In this document: positions 10,073 through 18,250 of the stretch, piece after piece | Numbering within the stretch: the first letter of the stretch is position 1 | Layout of the letters: each line of letters starts with the position of its first letter | NCBI GenBank assembly: GCA_943787795.1 | Contig: CALSNU010000001.1 | Coordinates: 576,001-640,000, forward strand | DNA length: 64,000 nt | From: an uncultured bacterium | Lineage (GTDB): Bacteria > Planctomycetota > UBA1135 > GCA-002686595 | Direction: 5' to 3' | Notes under the pieces: generated by a model | Told to the model about the DNA's origin: nothing | Database searches by the model: none | Seen by the model: the letters and a program-made list of their open reading frames with translations, nothing else | Position numbers and translations under genes: made by a program

Positions 10073-10383
10073 TCGAGAGGTCGTTGCTTTGGGGAAGAGG
10101 GGACGATCGCTGTAGCAGCGCGATCGAGACCGGGGGGGGCGGGCAGTCAGCGGGCCCGCGTGGTGAGGCCTACGCCGCTTCTCGGCCGCATATTCATGCG
10201 CCTGAGGCCTCTCCCGCGCCTCAACTTTTCCCGGCAACTTGGGCCAAAAGGGCCCCTGGTGGGGCCTGGACCCAATGGCTGGCGGTTGGACGTTGCCTGG
10301 CCACAACAAGACGGCCCCCGGCGAGCTGGAGCTCCCCGGGGGCCGTGTCAGGGCGCGCTGCAGGCGCCCGAGCCAACCAGGCC

Positions 10384-13300
10384 TCAGTCGCCGAAGGAGA
10401 TCTGGAGGGCGTCCGACGTGTTGGACGTCACCTGCCCGGCGGCCGAATCACGGTGCCACATCTGGAAGTTCCAGGTGCTCCCACCAGTGATCTGCTGACC
10501 GTTGGTGAAGGGATCGGTGAAGTCGACCCGGTAGGACGCGAGCCCGAGCAGCGGATCGGACTGGACCGGGGGGAGGCGGAACTGAGAGCCACCGACACAC
10601 AGGATGCCCTGGCTACCGCTGATCGGCACCTGGGTCTGCTGGTCCCCGAAGAAGAAGAGCCCGAACGAGCCCGCGGGCATGCTCGAGGCGCTTAGGAAGA
10701 AGTTGTTCTCCGAGACTCGCACGCTCCCGTTGAAGTCGATGCGAGTTGTCAAACCGGTCGAGTTGGGGTTGGCCGCGCAGTAGCGGACAGGGTCCGGGAT
10801 GGAGCTGCCGAGCCCGACAATCTCGATGTCGTCAATGGCGGCCTCGACGATCGAGCCGGAGCCGAGGTCCGAAGCGATGAAGCGGAGCTGCATGCTGGCT
10901 GTCGGCGTCACGATGGAGGAGAGGTCGAAGCTCGCCTGGATCCAGCCGCCGTCCGTTCCGGCTCCGGTGGGGCCAACGCTCTCGACATCAACCCATGAAG
11001 CGCCGCCATCGGCGCTGACCTCCACCTCGAAGATGTCGGCGTTCGGCGAGGCTCCCGCGGTGTTGGAATACCACCGCCAGTAGCTGACCTCGACAGAGTT
11101 CAGGCCGTCCGCGTTGAAGAGGGGGCTCAGCAGGGTGGTGATCCCGCCGTCCACGTCGTTCTCGCCCACGCTGCCGCCCGGAGAACCCTGGCCGGTGAAC
11201 CAGCAGTTCGTGCCGACAGGCGAGTGGTCGTCCTCGGATTGGGCGGCGGTGCCGATCGGGTTGCCGAGCGTCCATTGGCCAGTGGTGGCCGTATCGCCCG
11301 GTGCGCCGCCGACGAAGCCGTCAGCCCCGGCCTCGAACTCGGTCACGATGATGGGGCTGATCTCCCCGACGCGGAAGACCAGCGGCGAGCTCTCGCCTCC
11401 CTCCGGGAAGGACTTGCTCGTGCCGGTACTCTCCGTGGCGTTCACGTAGTACTCGACGCGTGACGGAGAGAGCTGGCCGGGGATGCCGGCCGCAAACGTA
11501 TCGCCGACCGTGTTGGACATGGGGATGGCCGTGAAGCCACCGGTCCCGTTCACGCGGTAGCGCAGCTCGGCGCCCGTGAGCGCCCCTCCGAAGTTGGAGA
11601 CAATGTCGGCCTCGACGACGTAGGGCCCTGCCTCGTCGGGAGTGTCGCCGAGGGCGGTCACGTCGTTGATCGAAATGAGCTGGAGAGCGACGCCGGGGAA
11701 ACCCTGCTGGGTGAACCCTCCGTCGATCTGCGCGTAGTTCGGCGTGCCGTTGTTGATGTTGCCGTCGTCGTCATCGAGGGTCAGCCACTGGGACTCGATG
11801 ATCGAGCGGATCTGCGTCTGGTTGTAGCTGTTGAGCCACCCCAGGAAGAGAGAGTTGGCCTGAAGGCTGCCGGCAGCCGTCCCGAGGGGGCCGCTCTTCA
11901 GTGCCTGACGAACCTTCCAGGCCGCGCCCATCCAGACCTCGCCGTTGGCGTGGACTCCGTTGTAGCAGCCGCCGTTGTTGTCGCCGCAGAACTGGCGGGT
12001 GTTGTTGCCGTTCCGCACGGACCCTCCGCCGGTGGTGAAGAAGCGCCCGACGACGCTGTCGTCGTAGCAGTACATGGCGAACACGTCACCGTTGCCCTCG
12101 CCCATGCCGTCGTTGCCGTTGCCGGTGCCGTAGCGCACGTTGAGCCAGTGCCCCTGCTCGTGGGCGACGACGGTGCTGAAGGCCGTGTTGTTGCAGCCGC
12201 CTCCAGCGAGGTAGTAGTTCGTGGACGAGCCGTTGAAGAACGCGTTGCAGCTGCTGTTGAGGTTGACGTTGGCCGTCGCGCGGAAGTCCGCGGTGGGGTC
12301 CGTCGGGAAGGTGTCGCGGATGAAGTCGCGGAGCACGTTGAGGTGCAGCTGCGTGTTGGCCTGTGAGGTCAGAGGCTGGGTCGGGTTCGGGTTCATCAGC
12401 AGGTCGTTCTGCTGGTTCGGCTGCACGCCCTGGAAGGTGATCGAGTAGTCGGCACCCGTGTCGTTGTTGATGTTGGTGAACTCTCCGAAGTAGTCCACCG
12501 TCAGGTCGAGGGGGGTGTTCACTCCAGTGATCGTGAAGTTGCCGTCACGGTCCGTCTCCACCGTGCCTGCGCTGCTGGTGATGCGCGTCCGCGGCATCGC
12601 GATGGGCGTCGGCGGGTTCGCGCTACGGTCTGCGCTGAGCCCCGGCGTCGCGTTGGCGCGGACCGTGCCGAAGACGTCGAAGTTGTGGATGGTGTTCTCA
12701 CTCTTGATGACGTTCCTTCCGGTCGCGTCGATCGAGTAGCGGCGGCCGATGGGCTGGTCCACACCGTTGTCGAACGTGGCGTCGATCTCCCACGCCAGGT
12801 CCCAGCTCTTCACCTCGCCGCGCTCGGAGTGCGCGTGGACGAGACGTGAATCTCCCATCTGGTTCGGCTGGAGGCCAAACTCATCCTTGAAGGCCCGCGC
12901 CGCCACGAGGGCGGCGAAGCCCGCGCCGGTGGTCGGCTTACCGCTGGGGCTCGTCAGGGTCGCCGCCGCGGTGCAGTGCACCGAGAGGAGCCGTCCGCTC
13001 ATGTCGAACAGGACGTTGACGGCGCCGTCTTCCACGGGGACTCCGTTGACGACCTGCTCGAACCGCACCGTGATCTTGTCCGTGGAGTTCACCTGCCCGA
13101 GGGGCATGAACCGGAAGCGCTCCTCCACCAGTTGGTCCGACTCGATCCCGTGCATCTGGTAGGTCTGCTCGACCCAGTAGCGGGCGAGGGAGAACCACTC
13201 CACGGGCTCGGAGGTGTTCGGCTCGACCGGGGACACCGCGTTTCCACCGAACAGCATCTCCAGGGTGCCCGTCCGTGGGTTGGACAGGAGGCGCCAGGAG

Positions 13301-13461
13301 TCGCCGTGTTCCGCTCGCCAGTTGGCAAGGAGCGTCTCAGGGCTGGAGGTGAACTCGGTCGGCTGGTTCAGCGACTGTGCGGTCGCGGGGGCTGCGAAGA
13401 ATGCCGCGGCGAGAGCAACGCTGGTGATGGGAGCGATCATGCCTGGGATGGAAGGAGTCAA
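10384..13461 (-). CDS. Secreted M36/M4-like zinc metallopeptidase with propeptide, beta-sandwich domains and a conserved C-terminal domain
   Basis: Signal peptide; FTP-like VRFEQVVNGVPV; HEQGH (HExxH), GMGEGNGD and HANGEVW motifs; alternative start ATG 13440. Confidence 0.85.
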   Translation of the reverse strand: MTPSIPGMIAPITSVALAAAFFAAPATAQSLNQPTEFTSSPETLLANWRAEHGDSWRLLSNPRTGTLEMLFGGNAVSPVEPNTSEPVEWFSLARYWVEQTYQMHGIESDQLVEERFRFMPLGQVNSTDKITVRFEQVVNGVPVEDGAVNVLFDMSGRLLSVHCTAAATLTSPSGKPTTGAGFAALVAARAFKDEFGLQPNQMGDSRLVHAHSERGEVKSWDLAWEIDATFDNGVDQPIGRRYSIDATGRNVIKSENTIHNFDVFGTVRANATPGLSADRSANPPTPIAMPRTRITSSAGTVETDRDGNFTITGVNTPLDLTVDYFGEFTNINNDTGADYSITFQGVQPNQQNDLLMNPNPTQPLTSQANTQLHLNVLRDFIRDTFPTDPTADFRATANVNLNSSCNAFFNGSSTNYYLAGGGCNNTAFSTVVAHEQGHWLNVRYGTGNGNDGMGEGNGDVFAMYCYDDSVVGRFFTTGGGSVRNGNNTRQFCGDNNGGCYNGVHANGEVWMGAAWKVRQALKSGPLGTAAGSLQANSLFLGWLNSYNQTQIRSIIESQWLTLDDDDGNINNGTPNYAQIDGGFTQQGFPGVALQLISINDVTALGDTPDEAGPYVVEADIVSNFGGALTGAELRYRVNGTGGFTAIPMSNTVGDTFAAGIPGQLSPSRVEYYVNATESTGTSKSFPEGGESSPLVFRVGEISPIIVTEFEAGADGFVGGAPGDTATTGQWTLGNPIGTAAQSEDDHSPVGTNCWFTGQGSPGGSVGENDVDGGITTLLSPLFNADGLNSVEVSYWRWYSNTAGASPNADIFEVEVSADGGASWVDVESVGPTGAGTDGGWIQASFDLSSIVTPTASMQLRFIASDLGSGSIVEAAIDDIEIVGLGSSIPDPVRYCAANPNSTGLTTRIDFNGSVRVSENNFFLSASSMPAGSFGLFFFGDQQTQVPISGSQGILCVGGSQFRLPPVQSDPLLGLASYRVDFTDPFTNGQQITGGSTWNFQMWHRDSAAGQVTSNTSDALQISFGD

Positions 13462-13852
13462 AAGGAATCGCTTCTGCTCTCTTGGGAGCGCTCGGGAGGA
13501 ACGCGGAGGCGGAAGGAATGGAGTACATGAGGGTGACGCAGGGCTTGGAATCGGTGTTCCAGAAAGGACGAGGTGATTCGTTCAGAGATCGTTAACGACC
13601 CGGATCTCGTGTGCCTGCTGCGGCAGGGTGGCGCACGCCCAAGCGTCCGCCTTTGAAGTGTTCCCGCACTACCTCGGCTGTGTCGTGGCTCTCGCCGAGC
13701 ATCTCTGATTCAATCCCAAGCCGGGGCAGTATCTGCCCCCATGTGCACCCGTCGCGGCCAGGAAATGGACTGCGGGTGCCACGCCTTCGATGGCCCGTGC
13801 CGTGCACTGGCCCACAGGAACGACACCCGAAGACCCCAGCAGCGAGCCCAAG

Positions 13853-14083
13853 ATGGACGTCCAGATCGAGTACTGCACCCAGTGAAACTACGCCTCGCAG
13901 GCAGCCGGTCTGGCTGCTGAACTCGAGAGCTCGTTCGACGGCGCCAGCGTGACCCTCGTGGAGGGGAGCGGAGGCCGATTCGAGGTGACCGTCGACGGGA
14001 AGCTCCTCTTCTCGAAGGCCGCCCTGGACCGTTTCCCGGCCTACCAGGAAATCCCGAAGCTCATCTTCGAAGCCGCCTCCTGA
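13853..14083 (+). CDS. SelW/SelT/SelH (Rdx family) selenoprotein with CxxU motif, 76 aa (TGA 13883-13885 read as Sec)
   Basis: My translation: MDVQIEYCTQ-U-NYASQAAGLAAELESSFDGASVTLVEGSGGRFEVTVDGKLLFSKAALDRFPAYQEIPKLIFEAAS; carries the Rdx IEYCxxU, GGxFEV, LFSK and RFP motifs; absent from the ORF track. Confidence 0.93.
13901..13917 (+). promoter_or_regulatory. Putative bacterial SECIS hairpin
   Basis: GCAGCC-GGTCT-GGCTGC: perfect 6-bp stem with GGUCU loop; 15 nt separate the TGA from the stem. Confidence 0.8.
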
Positions 14084-14198
14084 CAGGCCGATGCCGCCCC
14101 CTGACAGGGGGAAGTTGAGGCCGCTCGCTCTGACGCCTCGCCCCGCGCTCCCGCGGACCACGCTGTGGACCCGCCGGGACACTCTGAATCACCGAATC

Positions 14199-15689
14199 AT
14201 GCAGACAGCTCAATCGCCGCGCCGGCGGCGACTCCCCGCCCGCTTCCTCAGCTCCTCGAAGCACTCGGACCCGCCCCGGTTCACCAAGGTCGTGGCCACG
14301 ATTGGTCCTGCTTCCGAAGACCATCTGGTGGAGCTGATCGAGGCCGGTATGTCGGTGGCTCGCCTCAACTTCAGCCACGGCTCGGCCGAGGATCACCGAA
14401 GCCGGATGGAGAAGATCCGGGAGGCGTCCACCGCGCTGATGACCCCGGTGGCCGTTCTGGCGGACCTCCCCGGTCCGAAGATGCGTACGGGGATGTTTCC
14501 CGACGGCGCCATTCAGCTGAATGACGGGGACGTCGTGCAGGTGAAACCCGGGCAGGGAATGGCCGGGCCTGGCGAGGTCCTGGTCGGCGTCGACGACCTC
14601 CTGGAGGCCGTCCAGGCCGGACACCGGATCGTGCTCGCGGACGGCCAGGTGCTCCTCGAGGCCCTCAGCGTGGGGGAGGAATCCGTGGAGGCGCGCGTGC
14701 TCCGGGCGGGACCGGTGGGCAACCGAAAGGGCGTCCACCTCCCGGACTCCAACGTCCGGTACGACCTCCCCACGGACGAGGATCGAGAGCTGATCAAGCT
14801 CGCGTGTGAGCTGGGCGTCGACATGCTCGGGATCAGCTTCGTGGGCAACGCCAGCGAGCTGGAGGAGATCCGAGGCCTGGCGCCGGGGATCCAGCTCGTC
14901 TCCAAGATCGAGCGCAAAGCCGCGCTGAGGAACCTGGACTCGATTCTCGAGGCCACGGATGGGCTGATGGTGGCTCGCGGGGACCTGGGCGTGGAGCTCG
15001 ACCTCGAGCAGCTCCCTCTCGTTCAAAAGGAGATCCTGCGCCGCTCCGTGCTGGCGGGTGTCTACTCGATCACCGCGACCGAGATGCTGGAGTCGATGAT
15101 CGAGGCTGGGAGGCCCACCCGCGCTGAGGTCACTGACGTGGCCAACGCGGTCCTCGACGGGACCGACGCGGTGATGCTCTCCGCGGAGACGGCGGTGGGG
15201 AAGCACCCCAGAGAGGCCGTGGCGACCATGGCCCGGATTGCTAGGGTTGCCGAGCAGTCCGGGATCTACGCGCGCCGGCCCAGGCTCTCGGCGGCTCCCG
15301 AGAAGAGCTACTTCTCGCGCGCCACGGCCATGGCGGCGGTCCACGTTGCAAATCAGGTGGACGTGGACCGGATCGTCTGCTTCTCCGAGACGGGCAACAC
15401 CGTTCGCCTGCTCTCGAGGTTTCGGCCAGACGCCGAGATCGTGGCCCTCAGCCCGCGTCCGGACACGGTCCGTCAGATGGCGGTCTTGGCCCACGTCCGG
15501 CCGCTGCTCTTCCGCCAGGAGCCGACCCTGGAGGCGATGATCGACACGGCGGCGGACCTGCTCCTGGCAAGGCAGATCGTCAAGATGGGAGACCGGGTGG
15601 TGTTCGTGGGGGGCGTGCCTGTAGGCTTCGCTCGGAGCACCAACGTGCTCAAACTCCATCGCATCGGCGAAGATTCCCGCTTCGCCTGA
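14199..15689 (+). CDS. pyk: Pyruvate kinase
   Basis: TKVVATIGPAS, ARLNFSHG, DLPGPKMR, SKIE, MVARGDLG, PTRAEVTDVANA and MLSAETAVG motifs. Confidence 0.97.
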   Translation: MQTAQSPRRRRLPARFLSSSKHSDPPRFTKVVATIGPASEDHLVELIEAGMSVARLNFSHGSAEDHRSRMEKIREASTALMTPVAVLADLPGPKMRTGMFPDGAIQLNDGDVVQVKPGQGMAGPGEVLVGVDDLLEAVQAGHRIVLADGQVLLEALSVGEESVEARVLRAGPVGNRKGVHLPDSNVRYDLPTDEDRELIKLACELGVDMLGISFVGNASELEEIRGLAPGIQLVSKIERKAALRNLDSILEATDGLMVARGDLGVELDLEQLPLVQKEILRRSVLAGVYSITATEMLESMIEAGRPTRAEVTDVANAVLDGTDAVMLSAETAVGKHPREAVATMARIARVAEQSGIYARRPRLSAAPEKSYFSRATAMAAVHVANQVDVDRIVCFSETGNTVRLLSRFRPDAEIVALSPRPDTVRQMAVLAHVRPLLFRQEPTLEAMIDTAADLLLARQIVKMGDRVVFVGGVPVGFARSTNVLKLHRIGEDSRFA

Positions 15690-15833
15690 CGTTCCTTCCG
15701 CCCGCAGGGCTTTCTGCGGACCCCGACTCGGGTCGACGCGCCTCTCTCCAGTGAGGTCGACCTCGGGGTCCGTGCATCCCGGTTATTCCGTCCGTCCCCT
15801 TCATGCTGAATCGCTTCCAGTTCGCCCGTCTGC

Positions 15834-17156
15834 GTGGATTCCGACGCGGCAAGAAGCGTGCAGCCGAGGCCGAGGAGGCGAGGAGGAGCAGGGAGAAGAA
15901 CGAGGGCCGCGGCGCTGGACCCTTCGGTGACCCGTGAGGGGTTGCCGGGGCAGACCACCGCGGGGAGCTCGGAGACTCCGCTCGAGCGCTCCGGCGGGCC
16001 CTCTGGGCGCAGGTCCGGGGACGAGCGGATCGAGGGGCTCCTGCGCCGACACCAGGAGCAACGGGGGCTCGAGGCGCCTGAGTCCCTCCACAGAAGCAAC
16101 GGCGGGGCGGCCGCCCCGGCCTCGCCCGCTCCCTCGGGCGCTCCCGCCGAGGTTGTCCCGGTGGAACAGGCGGTGAAGACGTCCACCGAGGCAGACTCGG
16201 GCGCGGCGGAGCGAACACGAATCGTGGGTGCCGTTCTGCCGGCAGCTCCCGCGCCCAACGGAATCTCGGCCCCCGAGAACGTCACGAAGACCGCCCGAAA
16301 GCCGGCACTGGAGCCCGCCCCGGCAGAGCAGCGAGTCCGCCTTGTGGAGGGCCTGAAAGCCACCACTACGGCCCGGGTCGTGTGTATCGCGAGCGGGAAG
16401 GGGGGCACCGGGAAGAGCGTCATTGCCTCGAACCTCGCCCTGCTGCGTGCCCGCCAGGGCGAGCGTGTGCTCCTGATCGACTTCGACGCAGGGCTCGCCA
16501 ACGCGCACCTGCTCCTCGGGTTGGCGCCACCCCACGACGTGGGCCATGTCATGGAGGGGACGGTCTCCGCGCGAGAAGCCCTCGTGGAGGGACCCCACGG
16601 CCTGAAGCTCCTCGCCGGCGGCGTCGGGCGGCAGTCGCTGATCGATCCCACCCGGCGTGAACTCGACCGTCTCTTCAAGGCCCTCCGGCCCCTCGAGGAT
16701 GACTTCGACCTCATCGTGATCGACCATGGGGCTGGGCTCAGCTACAGCACCGTCGCCCACCTCGCTGCGGCGAGCACCCTGGTCCTGGTCACCAATCACG
16801 AGGTGACCGCGCTCTCGGATGGCTACGCCCTCTACAAGCGGGCCAAGCTGGTCAACCCCGAGATCCGGGTTGGGCTGGTGGTGAACCGGGCTCCAGACGA
16901 GCGCCTGGCGATGGACGCCTGGAATCGCTTCCGCGGCGCCTCCCACAAGTTCCTCGGGCACGCGCCTGAATTGATCGGGTGGGTACCGGCTGATCCGGTG
17001 ATCTCGCAGGCGGTGCAGCTCCGCAAGCCCGCCGTGCTCTCCTTCCCCGAGAGCGCCGCAGCCAAGGCTATCGGCAAGGTGGCCTCCTGGGCGCCGATGG
17101 ACCACGCCCGCACGACCACACCCTTCTACGTGAAGGCGCGCCGGGCCCTCCGCTAG
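15834..17156 (+). CDS. MinD/FlhG(FleN)-like ATPase with a long low-complexity N-terminal extension
   Basis: ASGKGGTGKS deviant Walker A, DFDAGLAN, IDHGAG and DGYALYK motifs; basic amphipathic C-terminus; start uncertain. Confidence 0.85.
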   Translation: MDSDAARSVQPRPRRRGGAGRRTRAAALDPSVTREGLPGQTTAGSSETPLERSGGPSGRRSGDERIEGLLRRHQEQRGLEAPESLHRSNGGAAAPASPAPSGAPAEVVPVEQAVKTSTEADSGAAERTRIVGAVLPAAPAPNGISAPENVTKTARKPALEPAPAEQRVRLVEGLKATTTARVVCIASGKGGTGKSVIASNLALLRARQGERVLLIDFDAGLANAHLLLGLAPPHDVGHVMEGTVSAREALVEGPHGLKLLAGGVGRQSLIDPTRRELDRLFKALRPLEDDFDLIVIDHGAGLSYSTVAHLAAASTLVLVTNHEVTALSDGYALYKRAKLVNPEIRVGLVVNRAPDERLAMDAWNRFRGASHKFLGHAPELIGWVPADPVISQAVQLRKPAVLSFPESAAAKAIGKVASWAPMDHARTTTPFYVKARRALR

Positions 17157-17304
17157 GGGTGGCGAACAGCGCCCATTTGGGGCATCCTCCGACCGGGCCG
17201 CGTGCGTCCCTGGGCCCCGCCCATCCCTCATTTCGAGGACCGCGGGATTCTCCCCGTGAAATCGCACGCCTTCGCCCACCGCTCCTCGGATGATGGAGCC
17301 ATCC

Positions 17305-18231
17305 ATGGAGGAAACGTACGCAGCCAGGGTCCCCGTATACGCCTTCGTCAACCAGAAGGGCGGCTGCGGCAAGACCACCACCGCGGTCCACCTCGCCGGG
17401 GCGCTCGCCGCCCGGGGTGAGCGTGTGCTGCTGGTGGACCTCGATCCCCAGGCTCACGCGACCATGGGCCTCGGCTGCTCCCCGGACCGCCCGACGGTGA
17501 CCGAGGTGCTCATGGGAGACGCCCTGCTCTCAGAGGCCGTCGCGCCGGCTCCGGGCGGGATCACCCTGCTCCCCGCCGAGCCTCGGCTGGCGGAGTTCGA
17601 GGAGATCAGCGGCCGCCTGATTCATCCGGAGCGCCGGCTCGCGCGGGCGCTGGACGAGGCGTATCGCGCGGGGGTCCGCTTTGACCACGTGCTCCTGGAT
17701 TGCTCACCGCGAGCTGACGGCGTCCTCTGCGCCAACGCCCTCTACGCCAGCAGCCACACCCTGCTCATCGTCGAGACCGGCGCCTTCGCTCTCCAGGGAG
17801 CGATCCAGGCGCTCAAGGTGCTCGACGAGGTCGCTGAGAATCAGGGGCGCGCCCCGGCGCTTCGTGTGGTGGGGACCATGTTTGATCGCCGGACGCGCTT
17901 CGCCCGCGAGCTTCTCGTCGCGCTCCACTCGCGCTTCGGCGACGCGCTCTTCGACACGGTCATCCGCACCAGCGTTCGCCTCCGCGAGGCTCCCGCCCTG
18001 GGCCTTCCGGTCCAGGAGCTTGACCCGACCTGCCGTGCAGCTGCTGACTTCGATGCTCTCGCGGAGGAGATCATGGCGCTCGAGGGTCCGGGTCAAATCC
18101 AATCGAAGGACCGGCCGCAGACCCCGCAATCCGCGCGCTCGGATCTCATGGAGTACGAACTCCGCCCGCTCTCACCGGAGCCGGCGCCCCCCGCGTCGCC
18201 AGCTGACCGTCCGTCCGCCCAACCTTCCTGA
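17305..18231 (+). CDS. ParA/Soj family ATPase
   Basis: NQKGGCGKTTT, DLDPQAHAT, LDCSP, TMFDRRT and IRTSVRLREAP motifs; GGAG 6 nt before ATG 17305. Confidence 0.92.
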   Translation: MEETYAARVPVYAFVNQKGGCGKTTTAVHLAGALAARGERVLLVDLDPQAHATMGLGCSPDRPTVTEVLMGDALLSEAVAPAPGGITLLPAEPRLAEFEEISGRLIHPERRLARALDEAYRAGVRFDHVLLDCSPRADGVLCANALYASSHTLLIVETGAFALQGAIQALKVLDEVAENQGRAPALRVVGTMFDRRTRFARELLVALHSRFGDALFDTVIRTSVRLREAPALGLPVQELDPTCRAAADFDALAEEIMALEGPGQIQSKDRPQTPQSARSDLMEYELRPLSPEPAPPASPADRPSAQPS

Positions 18232-18250
18232 CCTGTCGCACGTCGTACTG

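Noticed and set aside
13592..14182. ORF-track calls 13592..14182 (-), 13611..13952 (+) and 13669..13878 (-)
   Set aside because: No recognisable motifs; they overlap the Rdx selenoprotein frame
17681..18250. N-terminal 190 aa of the 1037-aa ORF
   Set aside because: Overlaps the ParA gene in another frame; ATG 18251 is the plausible start
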